Source of the DNA: an uncultured Bacteroidales bacterium
GTDB taxonomy: Bacteria; Bacteroidota; Bacteroidia; Bacteroidales; CAIWKO01
Assembly: GCA_964469155.1 (NCBI GenBank)
Contig: CAYXXU010000003.1
Span: forward strand, 24,511 to 88,510
Direction: 5' to 3'
DNA: 64,000 nucleotides
Numbering within the stretch: position 1 is the stretch's first letter; each line of letters opens with the position of its first letter. This document shows positions 1 through 9,502 of the stretch, in pieces. The notes beneath the pieces were generated by a model. That model was not told where the DNA came from and searched no databases. It saw nothing but the letters and a program-made list of their open reading frames with translations. The position numbers and the translations under genes are program-made.

Positions 1-205
1 CAAATTTCAATTCATTAATAGCTATAATACATAAAGATAGAACATTGATTGAAAATGCCTTTATGACTTACTACAGCGGTTGATTGATACTAAATGTAAA
101 ATCTTGGCTTATCAGGCAGTAACCATACAACTATTAGAAATATTTTTCGTTTTTCTTCACCATATTTAGTTAATTTTGTCAATTATTTCAAAACGAATTT
201 TCATA

Positions 206-3200
206 ATGGTCAATTTTTTAAAATCATTACTGGGGACCAAATCAGATCGCGATATTAAGTCCATCAATCCTATTGTAAAAGAAGTCCACCAGGCTTACGA
301 AACCATCTCCAAACTTTCCAACGACGAGCTCAGGGCCAAAACACTTGAATTCCGCTCTGCTATTCAGGATTATATTAAAGAAGACGAAGATGAAATTGCC
401 CGTCTGAAAGATCAGGCCGAAAACGACGAAAACATCAGTATTGATGAAAAAGAGTCTATTTACACTGAGATTGATCAACTGGTTAAAAAATCATACGAAA
501 AAACCCAGGAAGTACTAAATGACATTCTGCCGGAAGCTTTTGCCGTGATGAAAGAAACGGCCCGCAGGTTTAAGGAAGGCACAACTGTGGAGGTAACGGC
601 CACACAGATGGACCGCGATCTGGCAGCACGCTACGACAGTATCAATATTGTTAACGACAGGGCTATTTACAACACTTCGTGGATGGCCGGCGGCAATATG
701 ATCAAATGGGATATGGTGCATTACGATGTTCAGTTGGTGGGAGGTGTGGTGCTTCATCAGGGGAAGATCTCCGAAATGGCAACGGGTGAAGGTAAAACCC
801 TGGTGGCTACCTTACCAATGTATTTGAATGCCCTTCCCGGGAAAGGAGTTCACATTGTAACTGTGAACGATTACCTGGCCCGACGCGACTCCGAATGGAT
901 GGGAATGCTGTTCCAGTTCCACGGACTGACAGTAGATTGCATTGATCGCCACGAACCCAATTCGGAGGAAAGAAAAAAAGCCTACTTAAGCGATATAACT
1001 TACGGGACCAACAACGAATTTGGTTTCGATTACCTTCGCGATAACATGACCCGCTCGCCCGAAGAACTGGTGCAGAGAGTGCATAACTATGCCATTGTGG
1101 ATGAGGTCGACTCGGTATTAATTGATGATGCCCGTACACCTCTTATCATTTCTGGTCCCACACCGAAAGGCGAGAATCAGGAGTTTGAAGCTTTCCGGCC
1201 CAATGTACAAAGGATATATTCTGCCCAACGGAACCTTGTTACTTCCATTTTGGCGGAAGCAAAGAAACTTTTATCGCAGGAACCGTTGAGTTCTGAAAAC
1301 GAAAAAGAAGGCGGAAAACTTTTGTTCCGCGCACACCGTGGTTTGCCAAAAAACAAAGCCATCATTAAATTCCTCAGCGAACCGGGTATGCGTGCCCTGA
1401 TGCAGAAAACTGAAAATTTTTACATGGCGGAGCAAAGCAAAAACATGCACCTCATCGACGATGAGCTGTTTTTTGTAATCGACGAAAAAAACAATTCGGT
1501 CGACCTGACTGAAAAAGGTGTCGACCTGATTACATCAGGAACCGACGATGAGCGATTCTTTATCCTGCCCGATATAGGCAACGAGATTGCCGAACTCGAA
1601 AAATCAAACCTGAATGAAACGGAACGCCTCCTCAAAAAACAAGAACTGCTGCAGGATTATGAGTTGAAATCCGACCGCGTTCATACGGTTACCCAGCTAT
1701 TAAAAGCCTATGCTCTCTTCGAGATCGATGTGGAATACGTTGTGATGGACAATAAGATCAAGATCGTCGACGAGCAAACCGGTCGTATACTGGAAGGAAG
1801 AAGATATTCCGACGGACTGCATCAGGCCATAGAAGCCAAAGAAAACGTAAAGATAGAAGCTGCAACCCAAACCTATGCTACCATAACCCTGCAGAACTAT
1901 TTCCGTATGTATAAGAAACTTGCCGGTATGACCGGTACTGCCGAAACGGAAGCCGGTGAGTTGTGGGATATTTATAAACTGGATGTGGTGGTAATTCCTA
2001 CCAACCGCCCCGTGGTCCGTAAAGATTATGAAGATTTGGTTTATAAAACCAAACGCGAAAAATACAATGCTGTTATTGAAGAAATAGCGAACCTGATCGC
2101 TAAGGGACGCCCTGTGTTGGTGGGTACTACATCTGTGGAAATTTCAGAGTTGCTGAGCAAGATGCTTAAACTGCGCCGGATTAACCACAATGTGTTGAAT
2201 GCAAAACTCCACCAGCGAGAAGCCGACATCGTTGCCGAAGCCGGTTTGGCAGGTACGGTTACCATTGCTACCAACATGGCCGGTCGTGGTACGGATATTA
2301 AACTCGGGCCCGGTGTGGTAAAGGCAGGAGGTCTGGCGATTATTGGTACCGAACGTCATGAATCACGCCGTGTAGACCGGCAGTTGCGAGGTCGGGCCGG
2401 ACGTCAGGGCGACCCGGGAACTTCACAATTCTTCGTTTCACTGGAAGACGACCTGATGCGTCTGTTCGGTTCCGAACGTATCGCAAAAATAATGGACCGC
2501 CTCGGACTGAAAGAGGGCGAAGTGATACAGCATTCCATGATCACCAAATCAATAGAACGTGCACAGAGGAAAGTAGAGGAAAACAACTTTGGCATTCGTA
2601 AACGATTGCTGGAATATGATGACGTGATGAACTCTCAACGCGAAGTGATCTATGCCAAACGCAAACACGGCCTGTTTGGCGACCGTTTGGCTGTCGACAT
2701 TGCCAATATGTTCTATGATGTTTGCGAGCACATCGTTTCCGAGCACCAGGACCTGCGCGACTGGGATAATTTCAAACTCGATCTGTTACGTAATTTCGGT
2801 ATCGAACCTCCGTTCACCGAAAAAGAATTCTTTGCTGCTAACAGCGACCAGATGACCGACAGGCTTTACGAAATGGCTTATGAAACGTATCGCCGGAAAG
2901 CGGAATTGATCTCCAGAGAATCATATCCCATCATCAAAGATGTTTACGAAAACAATCCCAAACGCTACGAAAATATCGCCATTCCTATTACCGATGGTAT
3001 TAAAACCCTTCAGGCTATCGCCAATCTGAAAAAGTCGTACGATAACAGAGGAAAAGACGTTACGCTGGCGATCGAAAAAGGGATATCACTGGCCATCATC
3101 GACGATGCCTGGAAAGATCACCTGCGTGAAATGGACGACCTGAAACAATCGGTTCAGAGCGCCACCTACGAACAGAAAGACCCCTTGCTCATCTATAAAT

Positions 3201-3505
3201 TTGAATCGTTCGGTTTGTTCAAAAAAATGGTGCAAAAGATCAATAAGGATATCGTTTCCTTCCTCGAAAAAGGCAACCTTCCGTTTAAATCGCCCGATAA
3301 TATTCAGGAAGCCCACCAGAGCAAAACTGATATGAGCAAACTGAAAATAAGCAGGGACGAAGGCATGGAACAGGCACGCAACCAACGAACCAGCGAAACG
3401 GAAAGAACACAGCCCGTGAAGGTGGAAAAAAAGGTGGGCCGCAACGACCCCTGCCCTTGCGGAAGTGGTAAGAAATATAAAAATTGTCACGGAGTTGGAG
3501 AGTAG
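206..3505 (+). CDS. secA: Preprotein translocase ATPase SecA
   Basis: Track ORF 176..3505; ATG at 206 gives the canonical N-terminus [10 protein letters not shown]. Motor motifs [47 protein letters not shown] and C-terminal zinc finger [14 protein letters not shown]. Confidence 0.97.
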   Translation: MVNFLKSLLGTKSDRDIKSINPIVKEVHQAYETISKLSNDELRAKTLEFRSAIQDYIKEDEDEIARLKDQAENDENISIDEKESIYTEIDQLVKKSYEKTQEVLNDILPEAFAVMKETARRFKEGTTVEVTATQMDRDLAARYDSINIVNDRAIYNTSWMAGGNMIKWDMVHYDVQLVGGVVLHQGKISEMATGEGKTLVATLPMYLNALPGKGVHIVTVNDYLARRDSEWMGMLFQFHGLTVDCIDRHEPNSEERKKAYLSDITYGTNNEFGFDYLRDNMTRSPEELVQRVHNYAIVDEVDSVLIDDARTPLIISGPTPKGENQEFEAFRPNVQRIYSAQRNLVTSILAEAKKLLSQEPLSSENEKEGGKLLFRAHRGLPKNKAIIKFLSEPGMRALMQKTENFYMAEQSKNMHLIDDELFFVIDEKNNSVDLTEKGVDLITSGTDDERFFILPDIGNEIAELEKSNLNETERLLKKQELLQDYELKSDRVHTVTQLLKAYALFEIDVEYVVMDNKIKIVDEQTGRILEGRRYSDGLHQAIEAKENVKIEAATQTYATITLQNYFRMYKKLAGMTGTAETEAGELWDIYKLDVVVIPTNRPVVRKDYEDLVYKTKREKYNAVIEEIANLIAKGRPVLVGTTSVEISELLSKMLKLRRINHNVLNAKLHQREADIVAEAGLAGTVTIATNMAGRGTDIKLGPGVVKAGGLAIIGTERHESRRVDRQLRGRAGRQGDPGTSQFFVSLEDDLMRLFGSERIAKIMDRLGLKEGEVIQHSMITKSIERAQRKVEENNFGIRKRLLEYDDVMNSQREVIYAKRKHGLFGDRLAVDIANMFYDVCEHIVSEHQDLRDWDNFKLDLLRNFGIEPPFTEKEFFAANSDQMTDRLYEMAYETYRRKAELISRESYPIIKDVYENNPKRYENIAIPITDGIKTLQAIANLKKSYDNRGKDVTLAIEKGISLAIIDDAWKDHLREMDDLKQSVQSATYEQKDPLLIYKFESFGLFKKMVQKINKDIVSFLEKGNLPFKSPDNIQEAHQSKTDMSKLKISRDEGMEQARNQRTSETERTQPVKVEKKVGRNDPCPCGSGKKYKNCHGVGE

Positions 3506-3729
3506 GGAATAGGGAATAAGGAATAGGGAATAAGTGATGGCGTGCGAATGATTAAATGGTTTTATTGTTAAATTGTTTTGCCCCTATTTACCTTAAAAAA
3601 TTGTCAATTAATGCTCAATGGTCAATACTCAAGTATTTTAGGCACTTTAGGCACTTCCTCCAGACAATAAATGACCATCAATGACGCGCAGCAAATGACA
3701 ATTAATGACAATCAATGACCTCTTTAAAA

Positions 3730-4704
3730 ATGGATAAACTAATCGTTATAACAGGTGCTGCAGGTTTTATCGGCAGTTGTCTTGTCGAAAAAATGAACAA
3801 CAAAGGCTTTAAGAACCTGGTTTTGGTGGATGATTTCAACAAGGGTTATAAACTGGTTAATATTCACAACAAAGCATATCACAGCCGTGTGCAGCGCGAT
3901 GTGTTTTTCGGCTGGATGGAAGAAAATCATGCATCGGTTGAATTTGTTTTTCATTTGGGAGCCCGCACTGATACCACTGAATTCAACGTATCGGTGTTCG
4001 ACGAGCTGAACCTCAATTACAGTAAATCCGTCTGGGAGTTGTGTACCCGTTATGAGATCCCTTTGGTGTATGCCTCCTCGGCAGCCACTTATGGCCTGGG
4101 CGAACTGGGATATGATGATGATGAAAAACTGATCCCTCAACTGAAACCCCTGAATCCTTATGGCGAATCGAAGAACGATTTTGATAAATGGGTTTTAACG
4201 CAAACCGCCACTCCGCCTTTCTGGGCCGGCCTGAAATTTTTTAATGTATACGGCCCCAACGAATATCACAAAGGCCGCATGGCTTCGGTGGTGTATCATG
4301 CTTTTAAACAGATTGACGAAACCGGCCACATGCAGTTGTTCCGCTCGCATAAGGATGGAATTGCCGACGGACATCAGAAACGCGATTTCGTTTATGTGAA
4401 GGATGTGGTTAAGGTGTGCCTGTTCTTTTATCTGAATCAGAAAAATCCGGGCATCTATAACTTAGGCACCGGCGAGGCGCGCACTTTCCTGGACCTGGTG
4501 AGCAACACTTTCCTGGCGATGCGGCTGGAACCCAAGATAGAATTTGTTGATACGCCGGTTGATATACGTGATACCTACCAATATTTTACGGAAGCCCGCA
4601 TGGAAAAGCTGCATGCGATAGGTTACGACCTGGAGTTTGCTTCGCTGGAAGAAGGCATAGACGATTATGTGGAATCGTACCTGATGAATAATCTGTATTT
4701 CTAA
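3730..4704 (+). CDS. hldD: ADP-L-glycero-D-manno-heptose 6-epimerase (SDR family)
   Basis: VITGAAGFIGS Rossmann motif plus YASSAATYG, FNVYGPNEYHKGRMASV, KRDFVYVKDV, NLGTGEARTF, colinear with E. coli HldD/RfaD as I remember it. The track start 3715 lies inside the aatgac word repeat; ATG 3730 (MDKLIVITG) preferred. Confidence 0.85.
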   Translation: MDKLIVITGAAGFIGSCLVEKMNNKGFKNLVLVDDFNKGYKLVNIHNKAYHSRVQRDVFFGWMEENHASVEFVFHLGARTDTTEFNVSVFDELNLNYSKSVWELCTRYEIPLVYASSAATYGLGELGYDDDEKLIPQLKPLNPYGESKNDFDKWVLTQTATPPFWAGLKFFNVYGPNEYHKGRMASVVYHAFKQIDETGHMQLFRSHKDGIADGHQKRDFVYVKDVVKVCLFFYLNQKNPGIYNLGTGEARTFLDLVSNTFLAMRLEPKIEFVDTPVDIRDTYQYFTEARMEKLHAIGYDLEFASLEEGIDDYVESYLMNNLYF

Positions 4705-4924
4705 TAAACGAGCCAGGAGAGCAATAAATTTCCTGAATTTTTCCGAAATAAATAAACTTCCTGAACCGGATGCATAGTTGTTTGACCTATTGATATACTC
4801 TACAGGCGAATAACAGTTTTGAATTAAAACAGAGTTTCCTGAAAGTTCAATGAATATCTTCCGCGGGACAATAGAGAACCATATTTGGTTCAGCATTGTA
4901 CCTCCATAGGTTCAAAGGAAGACC

Positions 4925-5300
4925 TCAGAGCTTCAAGCGAGCACCTATAAGCTTTAAGCGAGTACCTCGGAAGATCAAACGAAGTAAAAAAGGTTCTCCG
5001 TTGAAGCAAAAAGCTTCAAGGGAAAACCTCAGAGCTTTAAACGAGTACCTAAAAGCTTCAAGCGAGCAGCTCTGAGCTTCAAACGAAGTAAAAAAGGTTC
5101 TCCGTTGCAGCAAAAAACTTCAGGCGAGCACCCCGAAGGTACTCCTTTGAACCTAAAGAGGTCCAAGGTTGTAGTAAAATGGTTCAGTTGAGAACTTCAA
5201 TGGTTCAAGGGAGTACTTCATGTGTTTAAGGGAGAACTTCCGAAGTCCATCTGAGTACTTCCGAAGTCCGCTTGAGTACTTCATTTGTTCAGCGGAGTAC
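4925..5300. repeat. Degenerate intergenic tandem repeats (~21-bp AGCTTCAAGCGAGYACC-type units; two near-identical 45-bp copies at 4976-5020 and 5080-5124)
   Basis: Read directly: agcttcaagcgagcacc / agctttaagcgagtacc / agcttcaagggaaaacc / agctttaaacgagtacc / agcttcaagcgagcagc, and caaacgaagtaaaaaaggttctccgttg[a/c]agcaaaaa[g/a]cttca[a/g]g twice, 104 bp apart. Confidence 0.8.
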
Positions 5301-5495
5301 TTAAACGATCTACTTTATGGTCTATATACAGTAATGCCCTCAAAAGGCTTTCAGACACTCAAGGCACTTTAGGCACAACATACTTCAGGCACTTCTCAAT
5401 GACATTTGCCAAAATAGCATTGACATTTGTCGTTTTGCATTTTATAAGATATTTGTTTACTATTTTTGCATGGAAATTCACATTCACAAACATTT

Positions 5496-6836
5496 ATGGC
5501 AGAAAACCGCAAATTCGAACTGATTATCGTAGGGGGTGGCATCAGTGGCACCGCCATGCTTTATACGCTTAGCAAATACACAGATCTGAAGAGTGTTTGC
5601 ATTATGGAGAAATACCAGGGATTTGGCACCGTCAACTCATCGCACCTGATGAACAGCCAGACCCTGCATTTTGGCGATATAGAAACCAATTATACCCTGG
5701 CAAAAGCCACCACGGTGAAACGCAGCGCCGATATGGTGAAGAACTACCTGGAAGCCGAAAAGACAGCCAAGCCGGAAGTGAAGCTGTTCAGTAAATATAG
5801 CAAGATGGTGATGGCCGTGGGCAGCAAACAGGTGAAGGAACTGGATGCACGTTACGACTCGTTCAGTAAGTTATTTCCCAAACTGCGAAAGATCAGCCGC
5901 GAAGAGATAGGCAAGTTAGAACCCCGTGTGGTGGAAGGCCGCGACCCCCATGAGGAACTGCTGGCCCTGGTAACCGAAGACGGCTACACGGTTGACTTTG
6001 GTGACCTGAGCCGCAACTTCCTGAAGAATGCACAGGCCCTGAACCCTGAACTTGAAATTTTCAACGAGACCAAACTAACTAAAATTGAAGACCTGAAAAC
6101 CAGCTACCGCCTCGAAACAACCCGGGGAGTGTTTGAAGCCGAGGTGGTTTTGATATGCGCCGGCGGACACAGTATTGTGTATGCCAAATCGCTGGGTTAT
6201 GGGAAACATTTTGCTATACTTTCGATGGCCGGAAGTTTTTATACCGCCCCTAAAGTTTTGAACGGAAAGGTTTATACCATGCAACAGGAAAAACTACCCT
6301 TTGCAGCCATTCACGGCGACCCCGAGGTTCATAATGCAAACATCACCCGTTTCGGTCCGACCGCAAAAACCATTTACCTGCTGGAGCGCTATAATTACCC
6401 AACCTGGTTCGAGTATCTCAAAGTTTTCGGTTTCACCCCCAAAGCCATTCTTACCCTGCTTAAAATTGCTTCCGACTGGACCATTATGCAATACCTACTG
6501 AAAAACTTTGTGTATGATATGCCGTGGATTGGCAAACGTTCGTTTCTGAAAGAGATCAAAAAAATTGTTCCCAACATCAAACTTTCGGAGATAAAATATG
6601 CAAAACATGTTGGAGGCACACGTCCCCAGATCGTGAACAACGACCTGAAGAAACTCGAGATGGGTGAAGCCAAACTGACCGGGCGCAATATCATATTCAA
6701 CATCACCCCTTCTCCCGGAGCCTCTACCTGCCTGGGAAATGCCTACAACGATACTCAAACCGTTATGGGATTTTTCGGAGGGAAATACACCTTCGACAAG
6801 GCTGCGTTTGAGAATGACCTGCTGGATAAGGAATAG
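5496..6836 (+). CDS. FAD-dependent oxidoreductase, malate:quinone oxidoreductase-like
   Basis: Dinucleotide-binding N-terminus ELIIVGGGISGTAM, ~447 aa. Start moved from track TTG 5466 to ATG 5496 (MAENRKF) because a TATTTTTG -7 box (5461-5468) overlaps the longer ORF. The MQO-like assignment is from general resemblance only. Confidence 0.6.
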   Translation: MAENRKFELIIVGGGISGTAMLYTLSKYTDLKSVCIMEKYQGFGTVNSSHLMNSQTLHFGDIETNYTLAKATTVKRSADMVKNYLEAEKTAKPEVKLFSKYSKMVMAVGSKQVKELDARYDSFSKLFPKLRKISREEIGKLEPRVVEGRDPHEELLALVTEDGYTVDFGDLSRNFLKNAQALNPELEIFNETKLTKIEDLKTSYRLETTRGVFEAEVVLICAGGHSIVYAKSLGYGKHFAILSMAGSFYTAPKVLNGKVYTMQQEKLPFAAIHGDPEVHNANITRFGPTAKTIYLLERYNYPTWFEYLKVFGFTPKAILTLLKIASDWTIMQYLLKNFVYDMPWIGKRSFLKEIKKIVPNIKLSEIKYAKHVGGTRPQIVNNDLKKLEMGEAKLTGRNIIFNITPSPGASTCLGNAYNDTQTVMGFFGGKYTFDKAAFENDLLDKE

Positions 6837-6981
6837 ATTTGGGATTTGGTCATTCATTGTCATTTATTGTCATTGATTGTCATTAAATAATCTTTGATCA
6901 TTTTGGGACTTGGGTCTTGGGACTTGGATCTTAAGATTTAGGACGTCAAAGATTATTCACGCCCGTTTCGCCAAATATTAC

Positions 6982-6989
6982 TATCTTTG
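6982..6989 (+). promoter_or_regulatory. Bacteroidota -7 promoter box TATCTTTG (consensus TAnnTTTG)
   Basis: Exact match to TAnnTTTG 15 nt upstream of the TTG start of the DEAD-box helicase gene. Confidence 0.5.
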
Positions 6990-7003
6990 CAATAAAACCA
7001 CTC

Positions 7004-8215
7004 TTGAAATTCAACGAATTCGGTTTCGATCCCAGGCTGATGGAAAGCATAGATGCCCTCGGATATAAAGAAGCCACTCCCATACAACAACAAGCCATTC
7101 CTTTTATCATGCGAGGCCACGACCTCTTAGGTTCTGCGCAGACCGGTACAGGTAAAACCGCTGCCTTTTTGCTTCCGGTGATCAATAATATTATCACCGC
7201 TCCCCCTCTCGATGGCATCAGGGCCATGGTGATTGTCCCCACCCGCGAACTGGCGGTTCAGATAGACCAGCAAATGGAGGGATTTTCTTATTTCACCCCG
7301 GTAAGTTCCATGGCCATTTATGGTGGAACCGACGGCATCACCTTTGAAAGAGAAAAGCAGGCCCTGACCGACGGGGCCGATGTAGTGATCTGCACCCCGG
7401 GACGTATCATAGCCCACCTGAACCAGGGTTATGTAAATGTTTCAGAACTAAAATATCTTATATTGGATGAAGCTGACCGTATGCTCGATATGGGCTTTTA
7501 TGACGATATCATGAAAATAGTCAGTTTTCTTCCCGAACACAGGCAAAACATTATGTTTGCCGCTACCATGCCGAGGGATATTGGTATACTGGCACGTAAA
7601 ACTCTGGTGAACCCAAAAGAAGTAAACATCTCCATTTCAAAGCCTGCAGAAAAAATATTGCAGTTGGCCTATTGTGTTTACGACACCCAAAAGATACCCC
7701 TAACCGTTCATACATTAAGCTCAAAGAATATTAAGAGCGTATTGATCTTTTGCTCTACAAAAAGCAGCACCAAACAGCTCAGCCGCGAACTGAAACAGGC
7801 AGGCATTAAGGTGGCAGAGATACATTCAGACCTTGATCAGAAAACCCGGGAAGAAGTGATGCTTAGTTTCCGTAATCATAAGACCACCGTGCTGGTGGCT
7901 ACTGATATCGTTTCGCGAGGTATTGACGTGGAAGACATCGACCTGATCATTAATTACGACGTTCCTAACGATGGGGAAGATTATATTCACCGCATCGGTC
8001 GCACTGCGAGGGCTGAATCGGATGGAGTAGCTATTACATTCATTAACCAGCAGGAACAACAAAAATTTGCCGATATAGAAAAACTTCTGGGCGAGGAGAT
8101 CCCCAAAGGCAAGATACCACAGATATTTGGTGAGGGTCCTCTCTATGAACCCCAGAAGAACAGGCGCAGGCCACCACATCGCACCAACAGGCCCGGCAAC
8201 TTTAAAAAACGCTGA
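7004..8215 (+). CDS. DEAD-box ATP-dependent RNA helicase (RhlE-like)
   Basis: Q motif region GYKEATPIQQQAIP, motif I AQTGTGKTAAF, motif II LILDEADRMLDMGF, motif VI HRIGRTARA, basic C-terminal tail. TTG start. Confidence 0.93.
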   Translation: MKFNEFGFDPRLMESIDALGYKEATPIQQQAIPFIMRGHDLLGSAQTGTGKTAAFLLPVINNIITAPPLDGIRAMVIVPTRELAVQIDQQMEGFSYFTPVSSMAIYGGTDGITFEREKQALTDGADVVICTPGRIIAHLNQGYVNVSELKYLILDEADRMLDMGFYDDIMKIVSFLPEHRQNIMFAATMPRDIGILARKTLVNPKEVNISISKPAEKILQLAYCVYDTQKIPLTVHTLSSKNIKSVLIFCSTKSSTKQLSRELKQAGIKVAEIHSDLDQKTREEVMLSFRNHKTTVLVATDIVSRGIDVEDIDLIINYDVPNDGEDYIHRIGRTARAESDGVAITFINQQEQQKFADIEKLLGEEIPKGKIPQIFGEGPLYEPQKNRRRPPHRTNRPGNFKKR

Positions 8216-8303
8216 ACCATTCAGGTATAAATCTCTTTTTTAGAAAAATATCGGCCAATTATTTTGCAGAGTTCGATTTTTTACTACTTTTGCACTCCAC
8301 TTT

Positions 8304-8390
8304 GCCCAGGTGGTGAAATTGGCAGACACGCTACTTTGAGGGGGTAGTGTCCTTACGGACGTGCAAGTTCAAGTCTTGTCCTGGGCACCA
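8304..8390 (+). tRNA. tRNA-Leu(GAG), type II with long variable arm, CCA encoded
   Basis: Acceptor gcccagg/cctgggc, anticodon stem ctact/ggtag with loop ttGAGgg, long variable arm gtgtccttacggacgtg, T-loop ttcaagt, discriminator a plus cca. Confidence 0.9.
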
Positions 8391-8437
8391 GGTAAAAGTA
8401 AGTTGGCTTTATTACTTTTATGTTGAATATCACAAAA

Positions 8438-8521
8438 AGCCCGGATGGCGGAATTGGTAGACGCGCTAGTTTCAGGGACTAGTATTCGTAAGGATGTGCA
8501 GGTTCGAGTCCTGTTCCGGGC
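8438..8521 (+). tRNA. tRNA-Leu(CAG), type II; integration target of the island
   Basis: Acceptor gcccgga/tccgggc, anticodon stem ctagt/actag with loop ttCAGgg, long variable arm, T-arm gcagg-ttcgagt-cctgt. Confidence 0.92.
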
Positions 8522-8522
8522 A
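8499..8522. repeat. attL-type direct repeat (3' end of tRNA-Leu(CAG))
   Basis: aggttcgagtcctgttccgggcac, repeated 23/24 at 50064-50087. Confidence 0.85.
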
Positions 8523-8535
8523 CTATTAACAAGCT

Positions 8536-8566
8536 GAAAGCCGCAATTAACGCGGCTTTTTCTTTT
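8536..8566 (+). terminator. Rho-independent terminator after the reconstituted tRNA-Leu(CAG)
   Basis: aaagccgc-aattaac-gcggcttt hairpin followed by a T-rich run. Confidence 0.6.
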
Positions 8567-8567
8567 T

Positions 8568-8591
8568 AGAGTATCCAAATGAGTATCCAAA
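8568..8591 (+). promoter_or_regulatory. Tandem GAGTATCCAAA(T/A) motifs, candidate arm-type integrase binding sites (left end)
   Basis: gagtatccaaat gagtatccaaaa, tandem; same motif family as gggtacccaaat/gagtacccaaat at 49935-49959 next to the integrase. Confidence 0.5.
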
Positions 8592-8861
8592 ATTCTGCAA
8601 AAGCTCATACGCACTCGTTTTACTCCCTCCATTCTATTTTATTCAGTTTTCTTTTTTATTATTCAATTTTAGTTCCTTCTGAATCCCTTGATTAATCAGG
8701 TTTGTATTCAGTTATGTACAATTATGCAACTTAATGTAACTTTTACGACAGCAATGATAAATATTGTCTAAACGTGTCGAATATTGTCGCATTTTGTAGT
8801 GAAATGTACAAGTGACTCATGACACCCATTGCATCTTTGCATAAAAAAGCGAGGAACGCAT

Positions 8862-9143
8862 ATGGAAAAGATAATTGTTGCCAGTGAAGACGATCTTAAA
8901 AGAATCTTAAGAGAAATTGTTAGTGAACTATTTCAATCCGGGAAAAAGTCGGAACTCAAAACCGAAGTACAGGATGAAGAACTGGTGACCAACCTGCGGC
9001 AAATCTCCAAACTATTCCGCTGCTCCCTTCCCACAGCTCAGAAAATAAAAAATTCAGTTCCCAAACACCTGTATGCACAGGTTGGAAAAAAATTCGCCAT
9101 ACGAAAATCTGTCCTGCTGAACACCTGGCCAAAAAGCTATTAG
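8862..9143 (+). CDS. Small helix-turn-helix DNA-binding protein (excisionase/DUF3853-like)
   Basis: C-terminal LRQISKLFRCSLPTAQKIKNS...VGKKFAIRKSVLLNTW resembles Bacteroides mobile-element HTH proteins. ATG 8862 preferred over track start 8829; catctttg box upstream. Confidence 0.55.
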   Translation: MEKIIVASEDDLKRILREIVSELFQSGKKSELKTEVQDEELVTNLRQISKLFRCSLPTAQKIKNSVPKHLYAQVGKKFAIRKSVLLNTWPKSY

Positions 9144-9262
9144 GCTAAAGTCCCTGATCGATGCAAACAGAAATCTACATGCAGACAGATGGCTCCCCAC
9201 CAAAGGGTTAAGCATACTATTGAAAAGCAATTCAATTATGTTTAACCCTTATCTTTTAACAA

Positions 9263-9451
9263 ATGAAAATTCAATTTACAGTTAGTACTGACAATATACT
9301 GGCTTTTGCCGAGGTCCTTTCTGAAGGGGAAATCAAGAATGAAATCATAGGCCAAACAGAGGATGATTGCCTAATGATTGATGTCTTCTGCTCTAGTGAA
9401 GACAAGGAACTTATTGAGGAACTCGATGAGCTCGCAGAATCTGATGAATAG
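9263..9451 (+). CDS. Small highly acidic protein (62 aa), function unknown
   Basis: ORF with a very acidic C-terminus EDKELIEELDELAESDE, followed by the hairpin gaccagcg..cgctggtc plus a T-run (9459-9494). Confidence 0.5.
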   Translation: MKIQFTVSTDNILAFAEVLSEGEIKNEIIGQTEDDCLMIDVFCSSEDKELIEELDELAESDE

Positions 9452-9502
9452 TCAAACCGACCAGCGGGAAAATCTTCTCGCTGGTCTTTTATTTATAATT
9501 AT

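Noticed and set aside
242-3490. Numerous 60-134-aa minus-strand ORFs within secA
   Set aside because: Antisense shadows of a highly conserved gene, with no independent support.
4925-5572. ORFs 4925-5113 (minus) and 5285-5572 (plus), and the long form (5466) of the flavoprotein ORF
   Set aside because: They lie in degenerate repeat DNA and across the TATTTTTG promoter box. The conserved FAD-binding N-terminus begins at ATG 5496.
8369-8632. 87-aa minus-strand ORF
   Set aside because: Runs antisense through both tRNA-Leu genes and the terminator, so it is not coding.
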